Shown: positions 1 to 9,743, numbered from the stretch's first letter. The stretch: 64,000 nucleotides of DNA from Gammaproteobacteria bacterium (GCA_021774255.1 JAJFJF010000007.1:33133-97132), one strand, 5' to 3'. Program-made: numbers and translations. The notes: generated from the letters alone by a model not told the origin.

Positions 1-1250
1 TTTCAGATGAGTTATCTGAACGCTTTTTAAAAGGTAAAGCGGTAGATACTCCAAAAAACTGGCACGAAGCATTTAAATTACTGCGGCAACAAATTGAAAA
101 ATTGAAGACAGATAAAAAAATCATCCTCTTTTTTGATGAGCTACCCTGGCTTGCATCCAAGCGCTCAAAATTCTTAGAAGCGCTTGACTATCTTTGGAAC
201 CGCCACCTATCACGCAATGATAAAATTGTTCTTGTTGTCTGCGGTTCTGCAGCCTCATGGATGCTCAAAAAAGTGATTAACAATAAAGCCGGGCTGTATG
301 GCCGTCTAACAAAGCAAATTCGACTACTGCCCTTCACACTCACTGAAACAGAAGCATTCTTGCAAGCAAAAAATATTGATTTAGATAGAAAACAGATCAT
401 TGAGCTTTATATGGCAATGGGCGGCGTACCGAAATATCTTAATTACATCACACGCGGGAAATCTGCAATCAAAAATATCAATGCCATTTGTTTTTCTCCT
501 GATGGACCACTTTTTAGTGAATTCTATAAGCTATATCATTCTTTATTTGATAATCACGAACACCATGTCAATATCATTAAAGCGTTGGCAGAAAAACCAG
601 CGGGCATGACAAAAGAAGATATTCTGAAAAAAATTAATCTTCAATCAGGTGGCTCAACAACCACTCTCTTCAGAGAATTAGAGGATTCTGGCTTTGTCAC
701 CCCCATCCCATCATTTGGAAAATCAAAACGAGGCAAATATTATCAATTAATCGATGAATACTCTATTTTCTATATTACCTGGATAGACGACATTAAAAAT
801 TACCATGCCCATGACTTAGAAGAAGACTACTGGATGAGAAAGCAGCTCTCTTCTGCTTGGCAAGCATGGTCTGGTCTTGCTTTTGAAAGCATCTGCCTTA
901 AGCACATCAAAAAAATAAAAGAAGCATTGGGGATAAGTGGTGTGAGCACACGCATATCAAACTGGCGCTATCGCCCTCACAATCAAGCAGAGCAAGGTGC
1001 CCAAATTGATCTCATCATTGATCGCGCAGATAACTGCATTAATTTGTGTGAGATCAAATACTACAATAAACCATTTCAGTTAAGCAAAGCCGATGCCAAT
1101 AAACTACACAATAGAAAATATATATTTAAAGAACATACCAACACACGGAAAGCACTCTTCAGCACACTGATCACAACGTATGGCGCAGAAAAAAACCCAA
1201 ACTACCTTGCCAGCGTAGACAATCAAATTACCATGGATGCCCTCTTCTAA
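1..1250 (+). CDS. AAA+ ATPase (archaeal-ATPase/Arch_ATPase-like) with C-terminal DUF234 restriction-endonuclease-like (D..EIK) domain; 5' end truncated by window edge
   Basis: The reading frame is open from base 3 through the listed ORF at 102..1250. The protein has a DELPW motif, an 'LVVCGSAASWM' ATPase-like core, and a C-terminal 'IDLIIDRADN...LCEIKYY' PD-(D/E)xK-like motif. Confidence 0.7.
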   Translation, partial: SDELSERFLKGKAVDTPKNWHEAFKLLRQQIEKLKTDKKIILFFDELPWLASKRSKFLEALDYLWNRHLSRNDKIVLVVCGSAASWMLKKVINNKAGLYGRLTKQIRLLPFTLTETEAFLQAKNIDLDRKQIIELYMAMGGVPKYLNYITRGKSAIKNINAICFSPDGPLFSEFYKLYHSLFDNHEHHVNIIKALAEKPAGMTKEDILKKINLQSGGSTTTLFRELEDSGFVTPIPSFGKSKRGKYYQLIDEYSIFYITWIDDIKNYHAHDLEEDYWMRKQLSSAWQAWSGLAFESICLKHIKKIKEALGISGVSTRISNWRYRPHNQAEQGAQIDLIIDRADNCINLCEIKYYNKPFQLSKADANKLHNRKYIFKEHTNTRKALFSTLITTYGAEKNPNYLASVDNQITMDALF

Positions 1251-1272
1251 CACTAAACACTGCTTCTATCAT

Positions 1273-1349
1273 GGCAATGTCGCTCAGTCGGTTAGAGCAC
1301 AGCATTCATAATGCTGGAGCCGACGGTGCGACTCCACCCATAGCCACCG
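1273..1349 (+). tRNA. tRNA-Met(CAT)-like gene with degenerate T-arm (possible pseudo-tRNA / integration scar)
   Basis: A cloverleaf can be drawn by hand. Acceptor GGCAATG/CATAGCC has 1 mismatch. D-arm is GCTC-AGTCGGTTA-GAGC. Anticodon stem CAGCA/TGCTG has loop TTCATAA, giving anticodon CAT. The T-loop is TGCGACT rather than TTCGAAT (G at position 55), the T-stem GACGG/CCACC has 2 mismatches, and the 3' end reads ACCG. Confidence 0.5.
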
Positions 1350-1641
1350 ACTATTCAATTAGCTAGCAAAGCTTTTCCCATAAAATTCTCAAAATGAGTA
1401 ATTGAGGCCTTCTACAAGTTCAAAGGAAAAGTCTGACACTTGCAAACAAGATAAGTCAGCGATATATTCAACTTAGTAGGTAAGTTAATGAAAATATTGG
1501 TAGATAGTGCCGGCACCACCTGAATATCTGATCTATCCTACAAATTACAGCAAAAAATTCAAATCGAGAAATAATAGTGCCTCCACGCATCAGCAAGAAG
1601 AATATAATTACTTTAAACAACTAGACAGAGAAAAATAAGGC

Positions 1642-2784
1642 ATGGACTACGAAGATAGAATCCGGACTCTAGCAGATCGCGCAAAAAAACAAAAAGAACA
1701 TATCTCTACAGAAGAAGCGACCAAAACAGCATTGGTTATGCCGTTCATCGCTGCTTTGGATTACGATATATTTAATCCTCTAGAAGTTATTCCAGAGTAT
1801 ACCGCTGATATTGGAACCAAAAAGGGGGAAAAAGTAGATTACGCTATCAAACAAAATGACAAAATCATTATGCTGATCGAATGTAAGTGGCACGGCTGTG
1901 ATCTAAACAATGAGCATGCCTCTCAGCTATTTCGATACTTCTCATCTACAGAGGCACGGTTTGGGATCCTGACCAATGGCCTCATTTATCGTTTTTTCTC
2001 AGATCTTGAGCAACCGAATAAAATGGATGAGCGTCCTTTCTACGAATTTAATATCCTAAACTTTGAAAGCCACCAAATTGATGAACTTAAGAAATTCACC
2101 AAACACCATTTTAGTCTAGAGGATATTATAACAACTGCGAGCACTCTAAAATACACTGGTGCAGTCAAAAAGATCTTAGGGCAAGAGCTTCTTGACCCAT
2201 CTGAAAGCTTCGTTCGGTTTTTCGCATCTCAAATATACGATGGGAAGCTGACTAAATCAGTTTTAGAGCAATTTAAAGAAATCGTTAAAGATGCCAGAAA
2301 TCAATTTATTAACAATAAAATTAATGACCGTTTAAAATCAGTTTTAGCACAAGCAACAACCCCAGAGGAGAAACAAGATAAAAATACCAAACAAAAAGAA
2401 CCATCCTCCTCTGAAAATGCTATCCTTCGAACAGAAGAAGAAATGCAAGCTTACTACATGGTTAAAGCAATACTGCGCGCTTCCGTTGCCTCAAATCGTA
2501 TCTATATGCGTGACCATAAAAACTATCGCTTAATTTTATTAGACAATACCAATAGAAAACCTATCTGCCGCCTTTATTTTAGTGACTCAGCAAAAAAACA
2601 AATAATGCTTTTCAATAATGATTCTAAAGAAAAGCTTCCAATTAGAGACCTAAACGACATCTTCTCTCATGCTGAAACACTGCTGACAACAATTGACGAG
2701 TACGAAAACAAAAAAACATCGACTGACGAAGCAACTAATCAAGCTGTTCAAGGAAAAACTACTTCAGAGTATGAGCATGCTTAA
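1642..2784 (+). CDS. Standalone type I restriction enzyme HsdR N-terminal-domain-like PD-(D/E)xK nuclease family protein
   Basis: The N-terminus 'EEATKTALVMPFIAALDYD...VDYAI...IMLIECKW' matches the HsdR_N PD-(D/E)xK signature (D...E-C-K). The 380-aa ORF is preceded by a GA-rich RBS region. Confidence 0.7.
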   Translation: MDYEDRIRTLADRAKKQKEHISTEEATKTALVMPFIAALDYDIFNPLEVIPEYTADIGTKKGEKVDYAIKQNDKIIMLIECKWHGCDLNNEHASQLFRYFSSTEARFGILTNGLIYRFFSDLEQPNKMDERPFYEFNILNFESHQIDELKKFTKHHFSLEDIITTASTLKYTGAVKKILGQELLDPSESFVRFFASQIYDGKLTKSVLEQFKEIVKDARNQFINNKINDRLKSVLAQATTPEEKQDKNTKQKEPSSSENAILRTEEEMQAYYMVKAILRASVASNRIYMRDHKNYRLILLDNTNRKPICRLYFSDSAKKQIMLFNNDSKEKLPIRDLNDIFSHAETLLTTIDEYENKKTSTDEATNQAVQGKTTSEYEHA

Positions 2785-3059
2785 CTTGCCGACAAGTAAA
2801 ATTTATAATCAGCGGTAACACGGTTTTTTACCCCACTTTCCGCTAGATATGATCCTTTAATTAGCGGTAAGATTTAATAGGTAAGGCCCCTTCGCTAATC
2901 ATAACGTCGCTCAGTTGGCATCGCCTTTACTATGCTTCAATTTGCCTGCATCTCTAATATATGACTTCAATACACCCCAGGAATAAGTTATCTAAATAAC
3001 AAATACTGGAGTGTTTTTTTTGCCTTAGACTCGATTAACAAGTGCAACTGCATCCTATT

Positions 3060-6000
3060 TTAAATAGCCATCATTTCAGTATCACCCTCTCGGGGTGTAC
3101 CACAACGTAGTTTGAATGCCTCTAAATAGCGCCCATCAAACCCTACCGCACAAATATATAAATCTGAAAATTCTGTTGGCACTCCCGAAAGAGTCATTGT
3201 TTTCCGATCAAAGTGCAGCCAATCAGGCAGATCATGCTTATCAGGCAAGTTTTGATACGAGCTGCCGCATAAGCGCCTGAGGCAAACTAAAAGTTTGTTT
3301 TGGGCTAGCACCGCAGGTGGTTTATTAAAAACTTTGATCAACTCTATTTTCTCACTAGGTACAGAAAATGTATGAGTAAATGTTTCGTGCAATGAAGCCT
3401 CTTCAGCATCTTGCTCATATTTTTTCTTGAGCAGAGTGTTCCACAGCAAAGCTTGCTTGCTGTATATGCCAAATATTGTAGACGCAATACTGCCAACGAT
3501 AATCAATGCAGTAATAACTTCCTGCACTGCAGACGCGCCTGCCACCGATAATAAAAAGCTACTACAAGCGCTCACGGTTCCATCGCTGGCGCACACTTTG
3601 ATCGTGTGTTTGCGATCTGCATAAGTGTTTGTGTCTGTGTTACTAGGCTTGCCCGAAAAGGTCCGTGTTGTTCCATCAAAGCTTAGCCAGTTCGGCAACG
3701 GCTTGTCGTTTGATTGCATAGCGCTGTACACAAGCACATTACCATTAGCATCAAAAAAAGTATCATCCGACACGGTGTATTGGAAGCTGCTGCCTACATT
3801 AACATTTTGATTAGGCAATTGATTCAACAACTGAGGAGGGAAATTAGTGTTGTCACGAATGGTTAAAGTAAACGTATCTAACACAAAACCACCACGCCCG
3901 TCTTCAGCACGTACGCTAATGCGAATAAACCCAACGATGGCTGGCGTACCTGCAAACGCTTTAGTTTGCGTATCAAACGCTAGCCAGTTTGGCAGTATCG
4001 CGCCACCTTCCAATGCCGCAGAGTAAGTCAAAGGGTCACTGTCTGGGTCATCAAATGTATTGGGAGGCACCGTCAAGCCCCAAGGCTCAGCATTAGTTGC
4101 AGTTTGATCTGGAATTTCTACAGTGACCACCGGAGGGCTGTTACCCGAGCCAACAGCCCCAACAGAAAGAATAAATGCTGTTGAAACAAACCCTCCGTAC
4201 CCATCGTCTCCGCTTACCTGTAGTGTATATTGCCCCTCATCTACTAATGAGGGTGTGCCACTGAGCAGTCTAGTGCTACTAGAAAAGGTGAGCCAATTGG
4301 GTAGCACACCTAAATCAAATAAAACCGCATCATACGTTAAACTATCGCCGTCTGGGTCAACAAACGTATTGATAGCAATGGTTAAGCCAAAAGGGAGGTT
4401 ATAAAATGCGTTGGCGTCATTTATTGGGTTTTGCAGCACAGGAAGGCGATTGTTCACTGTTAAATTGAAAGACCCGGTTACGCTTCCACCAAATTCATCG
4501 CTAGCCGTCACAGCAACATTGAGAATACCTTGGCCACCTGAAGTAGGCACTCCAAAAAAAGTGCGCGTGCTGCTGGTAAGGCTGAGCCAGCTGGGTAAGG
4601 CTCCGCCGCCACTTTGCCCGGCAGTGTAGTGTAAGGCATCGCCATCTCCATCCGAGAAAGTGTTGGCGGCAAAAGTGTAGTTCAATGTTGCACTCACGTT
4701 TACGGCTTGGTTGGCTAGGCCGTTATCTTGCACCGGGTCACGATTGGTGACGGTCAAGATAAACTGATCGCTGGCGGCAGTACTCGCATTATTCGTCGCC
4801 GTGACTTCGATATTGTAGCTCCCTTGGTTGCCCGAGAGCGGCGTGCCGGAAAAGGTTCGCGTGCTGGGCGTGAAGGTCAGCCAGCCCGGCAAGGCTCCTC
4901 CGCCAACAGATTGGGCGCTGTAGTCCAATGTTGGATCTAATGCGTCGGTAAACGCATTCGCTGGCACCACAAAGCTAAAGACCGCATTGACTGCGGTTGA
5001 TTGGTCTTGCAAGGGATTGGTGACCAATAGATCTGAGAATGTAAAGTTATAAGCAGCAAACCGCCCCTGACTATCTTCGACTTTAACAGTAATAGTATAG
5101 CTAGCTTGAACTGTGGGCGTGCCCGACAGTTGCCATTGACTCACATCGATAACCTGAAGACCTAAATCAGAATCCGCCACATAGGCGAGCGTGCCCACCA
5201 CTGTGATGCCAAAAGCATCGCCCGGGGTATTGTAGCTGCCCACCAAGGTCGGCACACTGGGCGTGCTTACATCGATTATCTTAAGGCCTGAAAGGCCATC
5301 CGCCACATAGGCGAGCGTGCCCACTACTGTGATGCCAAAAGCAGTGTTCGGCGTGTTGTAGATTCCCACAAAGGTTGGCGCACTGGGCGTGCTCACATTG
5401 ATAATCTGAAGGCCTGAACTCCCATCTGCCACATAGGCGAGCGTACCCACCACCGTGATGCGGTGAGCAGTGCCCGGTGTATTGTAGCTTCCCACCAAGG
5501 TCGGCGCGCTGGGCGTGCTCACATTGATAATCTGAAGGCCTGAATTCTCATCTGCCACATAGGCGAGGTTGCCCACCACCGTGATGTCATAAGCATTGTC
5601 CGGGGTAATGTAGCTTCCCACCAAGGTCGGCGCACTGGGCGTGCTCACATCGATTATCTGAAGGCCCCTATTATAATCCGCCACATAGGCGAGCGTGCCC
5701 ACCACCGTGATGCCCCGAGCAAAGCCCGGCGTGTTGTAGCTTCCCACAAAGGTTGGCGCACTGGGCGTGCTTACATCGATTATCTTAAGGCCTCCATCCG
5801 CCACATAGGCAAGCGCGCCCACCACCGTGATGCCCCGAGCAAAGCCCGGGGTATTGTAGCTGCCCACCAAGGTCGGCGCCTTCATCGTTAACGTCACCCC
5901 ACTCGGCAGCGGCGAGCCGTTAGCTTGCTGGACTGTTAGAACTAAATTCTCATTAATGTCAGGGTGGCTAAAGTTCGTTCGTAAGTTAATGAGTTGATTC

Positions 6001-6119
6001 AGCGGCGTGCTCGTCGGCTGGTCTGGAATTTGCTGCAAAATCACCGGCCCCTGCGCCACCACTGTGATGCAGTTCACCAAGACAAGCGCAAACAAAACGA
6101 GAAGCGCCCTGCGCAGCAT
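3060..6119 (-). CDS. Giant surface protein with signal peptide, about 8 LVIVD repeats, multiple dystroglycan-type cadherin-like/He_PIG domains, a single TM helix and a conserved C-terminal tail
   Basis: Signal peptide MLRRALLVLFALVLVNCITVVAQG. Repeats of the form 'PTLVGSYNTPGxAxGITVVGTLAYVADxxSGLQIIDVSTPSAP'. Repeated 'GGGALPxWLxFxxxTRTFSGTP' modules. TM 'ITALIIVGSIASTIFGIY' followed by a tail. Confidence 0.85.
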   Translation of the reverse strand: MLRRALLVLFALVLVNCITVVAQGPVILQQIPDQPTSTPLNQLINLRTNFSHPDINENLVLTVQQANGSPLPSGVTLTMKAPTLVGSYNTPGFARGITVVGALAYVADGGLKIIDVSTPSAPTFVGSYNTPGFARGITVVGTLAYVADYNRGLQIIDVSTPSAPTLVGSYITPDNAYDITVVGNLAYVADENSGLQIINVSTPSAPTLVGSYNTPGTAHRITVVGTLAYVADGSSGLQIINVSTPSAPTFVGIYNTPNTAFGITVVGTLAYVADGLSGLKIIDVSTPSVPTLVGSYNTPGDAFGITVVGTLAYVADSDLGLQVIDVSQWQLSGTPTVQASYTITVKVEDSQGRFAAYNFTFSDLLVTNPLQDQSTAVNAVFSFVVPANAFTDALDPTLDYSAQSVGGGALPGWLTFTPSTRTFSGTPLSGNQGSYNIEVTATNNASTAASDQFILTVTNRDPVQDNGLANQAVNVSATLNYTFAANTFSDGDGDALHYTAGQSGGGALPSWLSLTSSTRTFFGVPTSGGQGILNVAVTASDEFGGSVTGSFNLTVNNRLPVLQNPINDANAFYNLPFGLTIAINTFVDPDGDSLTYDAVLFDLGVLPNWLTFSSSTRLLSGTPSLVDEGQYTLQVSGDDGYGGFVSTAFILSVGAVGSGNSPPVVTVEIPDQTATNAEPWGLTVPPNTFDDPDSDPLTYSAALEGGAILPNWLAFDTQTKAFAGTPAIVGFIRISVRAEDGRGGFVLDTFTLTIRDNTNFPPQLLNQLPNQNVNVGSSFQYTVSDDTFFDANGNVLVYSAMQSNDKPLPNWLSFDGTTRTFSGKPSNTDTNTYADRKHTIKVCASDGTVSACSSFLLSVAGASAVQEVITALIIVGSIASTIFGIYSKQALLWNTLLKKKYEQDAEEASLHETFTHTFSVPSEKIELIKVFNKPPAVLAQNKLLVCLRRLCGSSYQNLPDKHDLPDWLHFDRKTMTLSGVPTEFSDLYICAVGFDGRYLEAFKLRCGTPREGDTEMMAI
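5130..5885. repeat. Intragenic tandem repeat array of ~120-nt units encoding the LVIVD repeats
   Basis: Near-identical blocks of the form 'cgccacataggcgagcgtgcccaccaccgtgatgcc...gtgctcacatcgattatctgaaggcc' recur about every 120 nt. Confidence 0.8.
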
Positions 6120-6364
6120 CTTTTACAAAGACAGTTAAAGCCGTAAATTTGTTTCTTCTAGGAACTCACTTTCCTTCAAAGTTTCTAACAGTATGTTGTA
6201 ACATCATGGTGTAATTTCATTGCGTATCAGTTCGGCTGCTCAAAAAATGACCAGATTCATGCAATTACTTGATTTATATATAAAAATAAATTTAAATTTT
6301 TTGTAACAGCCCGCAGGTATGAGGAAAAACGCCCCACACTTAACTCAAATTGAGGAGAAATATA

Positions 6365-6393
6365 TTGTCAGCTAGCAAACTTTATGTTAGAAT
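6365..6393 (+). promoter_or_regulatory. Sigma70-like promoter (TTGTCA, 17 nt spacer, TAGAAT) upstream of the OM beta-barrel gene
   Basis: -35 TTGTCA at 6365-6370 and -10 TAGAAT at 6388-6393, followed by RBS AAAGAGG before the ATG at 6446. Confidence 0.4.
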
Positions 6394-6445
6394 GTTTGCT
6401 GCGAATACCGCAACAAGAGAAAAATATTAATAAAAAGAGGTCCTT

Positions 6446-7135
6446 ATGTTTAATCTTAAACGATACCTGTCTGTCGGCTCTGCTTTAGTTTGTTTCCTAG
6501 CTATTCCTTATGCCAGTGCTGAAACCAACACCATTGACTCAATGGCGTCAGTCGAATCAACCGATTCACCTATCGCTGAGTTTTTCGATAAATCTCGCGC
6601 AAACTTCCAAAAAAATGTCTATCTAGAAGGTAACTTCGGTTATAGCACCGGTGACGCCTTTGATGACTTTTCATCTGATTATTTTGATGTCACTGACGGT
6701 GGTTTTGGTTTCAGCACCAACGTAGGTTACCAATTTACTCCTTTCTTCGCGCTAGAAACAGGTTTCATCTATTTTGCGCCGCAAGAGGTTGAAACCAACT
6801 GGGGCGATAAGCTGACACAAGATGTTTATGCAGGTCATCTTTCTGCCAAAGGGATTTTACCTTTAGCGGACAGTGGCTTTAGTGTATTCACTAAACTAGG
6901 CTATGCGTTCACCTATACCGAAGTAGAAGCCAGCGGTGGCTTTGCTGACGGTTGCACCGATGACGAAGTAGGCGGCAGTTTCTTGCTGGGTTTTGGTGCA
7001 GCTTATGCGATTAATGAGCGCCTAGCAGCCAATGCACAGTGGAACCGTGTGTTTGCTGTCAGCAACATCCCAGGTGGCAGCGACTTTGACATGGATCTCT
7101 TCACCGTCGGTCTTGCTTATAAATTTCTTATCTAA
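6446..7135 (+). CDS. Outer-membrane beta-barrel protein (OmpA-like transmembrane barrel family)
   Basis: Signal peptide ending ASA-ETN. Alternating amphipathic strands. C-terminal 'LAYKFLI' aromatic terminus. Confidence 0.8.
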   Translation: MFNLKRYLSVGSALVCFLAIPYASAETNTIDSMASVESTDSPIAEFFDKSRANFQKNVYLEGNFGYSTGDAFDDFSSDYFDVTDGGFGFSTNVGYQFTPFFALETGFIYFAPQEVETNWGDKLTQDVYAGHLSAKGILPLADSGFSVFTKLGYAFTYTEVEASGGFADGCTDDEVGGSFLLGFGAAYAINERLAANAQWNRVFAVSNIPGGSDFDMDLFTVGLAYKFLI

Positions 7136-7158
7136 ATAAGACAGACTGTTTCACCAAC

Positions 7159-7196
7159 AAAAAAGCGCGCTATCGAACGGTAGCGCGCTTTTTTTG
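7159..7196. terminator. Bidirectional rho-independent terminator between convergent genes
   Basis: A-run, then stem AGCGCGCTA/TAGCGCGCT, then T-run (aaaaagcgcgctatcgaacggtagcgcgcttttttt). Confidence 0.7.
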
Positions 7197-7198
7197 AT

Positions 7199-8452
7199 CT
7201 AAGGCGTGTTGTGGGTGGAATTGTTTTCATCCGATGCGCTATCTGCTTGCTTGGCCAGCTCCCAGCGCAGTACGGGCAAGTAGCTTAAAAAGGCTAAAAT
7301 AGCGGCCCCACCGGCAATCAATGCCATTGACCACATGGTGTCGTTGTATACCATACTCATCACCAAGCTTCCTAACGTGCCGCCTCCCATCATGCAAAAC
7401 GACAACAACGCCGACGCCGAACCTTTAGATTGCTTCACGGCAGATAAGGCCGTGTTACTGAGTGCCGGATGCGCTAAACCAAACCCAAATTCAAGCACCA
7501 CAATACTCACCAAAAAAGCGGTTAATGTCGGCGACACAAAACCAACCCCTATCAACATAATGCCCCCTAATAGGGATAGCACTAGCCCCGCTAAAATAAT
7601 TTTATAACTCGCAACACGCCTGGCAAGCTTGCCGGTAATGGTCGCACCCACCATATAACTTGCCATCGCAGGGATCAATGTGAAACCCAGCAACTGTGGT
7701 GAGATCCCTAGAAATTCAATCACAATAAATGACACCGACGTAATATAAGCCAAAATGGCACCGAGCAAGGCGCCCAGTGATAGCGCAGGCCCTAAGAAAG
7801 CATAATTTTTTAATATCGATACATAAGTGCTTGTTAGCTGCTTTGGATTCAATGCCTCTGGGTTTAAATTTTCATTGGTTTCCGGCATGCGACGCCATAA
7901 ACCCAACAATAAAACCAACGCAATGAGGGCCACCAGATAAAAATTGGCTTGCCAGCTGATCGTAATATAAACCACCCCCCCGATAATGGGCCCCAGAATA
8001 GGCGATAGCGACGTGCAAATACCCAGCAAGGCCATCATTTGCGTGGACTGGTGCGTCTCTTTAAACATTTCATTCACAATGGCCATTGCGGCAATCAGCA
8101 AGCCCGAAAAAGCCACCCCTTGCAATACGCGTCCAATAAAAAAGACAACAAAACTAACAGAAAATGAACACAGCAAACTGGCCAGCACTAACAATATGCC
8201 CGCGCCTAATAATAGCGGTCGTCGACCATAACGATCAGAAAGTGGGCCAAAAATAAGTTGAAGCAGTATCGAACCGATAAACCAAGCAGACAGCGTTGCC
8301 TGAATCCAATTATCAGAAGTATTAAATACCTCTGTCAGTATTGGCATACTCGGCATGTACATATCGTTAGATAACGCACCCACAAAGGTGCAGCTCACGA
8401 CTAAAAAAGAAACAAGCGAAAATAATTTAACCGGCGATGAAGTCATTGGCAT
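7199..8452 (-). CDS. bcr: MFS drug-resistance transporter, Bcr/CflA family
   Basis: 12-TM profile. Motif 'GPLSDRYGRRPLLL' typical of the Bcr/CflA MFS subfamily. Confidence 0.8.
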   Translation of the reverse strand: MPMTSSPVKLFSLVSFLVVSCTFVGALSNDMYMPSMPILTEVFNTSDNWIQATLSAWFIGSILLQLIFGPLSDRYGRRPLLLGAGILLVLASLLCSFSVSFVVFFIGRVLQGVAFSGLLIAAMAIVNEMFKETHQSTQMMALLGICTSLSPILGPIIGGVVYITISWQANFYLVALIALVLLLGLWRRMPETNENLNPEALNPKQLTSTYVSILKNYAFLGPALSLGALLGAILAYITSVSFIVIEFLGISPQLLGFTLIPAMASYMVGATITGKLARRVASYKIILAGLVLSLLGGIMLIGVGFVSPTLTAFLVSIVVLEFGFGLAHPALSNTALSAVKQSKGSASALLSFCMMGGGTLGSLVMSMVYNDTMWSMALIAGGAAILAFLSYLPVLRWELAKQADSASDENNSTHNTP

Positions 8453-8585
8453 TCCAAATAAAATTTTTCATAGGTTACAGTATATTACGTTACAATTTCA
8501 AGGTGCGTTTGCTTTCAGGGCAGCAAAACTTGCCTCTGCGCTAAAACCTGGCATGATGAGGCTATCAAACAAGGAGGCCATCAAT

Positions 8586-9743
8586 ATGACACTCACCCCC
8601 ACGGTTACCAGTAAACTCCCCCACGTAGGCACCACTATTTTTACGGTGATGTCACAGCTTGCACACCAACATAAGGCCATTAATCTTGCGCAAGGCTTTC
8701 CTGATTTTGATTGCCCCGCGCCACTTCGCGAGCGCGTCACTTTCCACATGAACGCCGGCAAAAATCAATACGCCCCCATGCCTGGCGTGCCTGAACTGCG
8801 CGAACAAATCGCCATTAAAACCAAAAAGTGTTACGGGCGTGATGTATGCATGGACAATGAAATTACCGTGACATCCGGCGCAACGGAAAGCTTATTTTCT
8901 GCCATCAGTGCAGTGGTACATCGAGGCGATGAAGTGATTATTTTTGACCCGGCGTATGATGCTTATGCACCGGCAGTGGCGCTTTGCGGAGGGAAGTCGA
9001 TTCACATTCCTTTGCTTGCCCCTGATTATGCCATTGACTGGCAGCAAGTCAAGGACAGTATTTCTGACAAGACACGTTTGATTATTATTAATTCACCGCA
9101 TAACCCTACCGGCAGTGTATTAAGTACTGATGATTTAGAGGCGCTTGCCAACCTTGTACGCGATACGCCGATTTTAATTATTTCCGACGAAGTGTATGAG
9201 CATATTACGTTTGATGGTGAGGAACATGCCAGCGTGTTACGCCATCAAGCACTTTCTGAGCGCGCTTTTGTTATTTCATCTTTTGGAAAAACGTACCATA
9301 CCACTGGTTGGAAATTAGGCTACTGTGTGGCCCCCAAAGCACTGACGGCTGAGTTTCGCAAGGTGCACCAATACCTGACGTTTTGTAGCACCACACCGAT
9401 GCAGTACGCCGTAGCAGACTACCTTGCCCAAGCGCCTGAACACTATGAAGCCTTGCCTGATTTTTATCAAGCAAAGCGCGATAAATTTTGTGCACTATTG
9501 AAAGGATCGCGTTTTCGTTTAATGCCAGCAAAGGGCACTTACTTTCAGTTGCTCGATTACAGTGATATCACCGATCAAAAAGACACCGACTATGCACGCT
9601 ACCTTACCGAAACATTAGGCGTGGCCAGCGTACCCATTTCTGTTTTTTATGAAAACCCACCCGCACAACATATGTTACGCTTTTGTTTTGCAAAAGATGA
9701 AAAAACATTGATAGAGGCGGCAGAACGCTTATGCACAATTTAA
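8586..9743 (+). CDS. ybdL: PLP-dependent methionine/glutamine aminotransferase (YbdL-like)
   Basis: Class I/II aminotransferase motifs ('SFGKTYHTTGWKLGY', 'NSPHNPTG'). Start chosen at the ATG after RBS AAGGAGG (8572-8578), not at the longer ORF start 8355. Confidence 0.8.
   Translation: MTLTPTVTSKLPHVGTTIFTVMSQLAHQHKAINLAQGFPDFDCPAPLRERVTFHMNAGKNQYAPMPGVPELREQIAIKTKKCYGRDVCMDNEITVTSGATESLFSAISAVVHRGDEVIIFDPAYDAYAPAVALCGGKSIHIPLLAPDYAIDWQQVKDSISDKTRLIIINSPHNPTGSVLSTDDLEALANLVRDTPILIISDEVYEHITFDGEEHASVLRHQALSERAFVISSFGKTYHTTGWKLGYCVAPKALTAEFRKVHQYLTFCSTTPMQYAVADYLAQAPEHYEALPDFYQAKRDKFCALLKGSRFRLMPAKGTYFQLLDYSDITDQKDTDYARYLTETLGVASVPISVFYENPPAQHMLRFCFAKDEKTLIEAAERLCTI

Noticed and set aside
2906-2918. 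13-nt match (GTCGCTCAGTTGG) to the D-arm of the tRNA-like gene, possibly an att-site remnant
   Set aside because: It is too short. The D-arm sequence is common among tRNAs, and the flanks do not continue the tRNA sequence, so it cannot be distinguished from chance.
3427-4940. Several 60-90 aa ORFs on the + strand inside the giant minus-strand adhesin gene
   Set aside because: They lie antisense to a long ORF that carries strong repeats and domains. They have no RBS or domain signal and are typical shadow ORFs.
8355-8585. Long N-terminal extension of the ybdL ORF
   Set aside because: The extension overlaps the divergent bcr gene start and has no homology. A canonical AAGGAGG RBS precedes the internal ATG at 8586.
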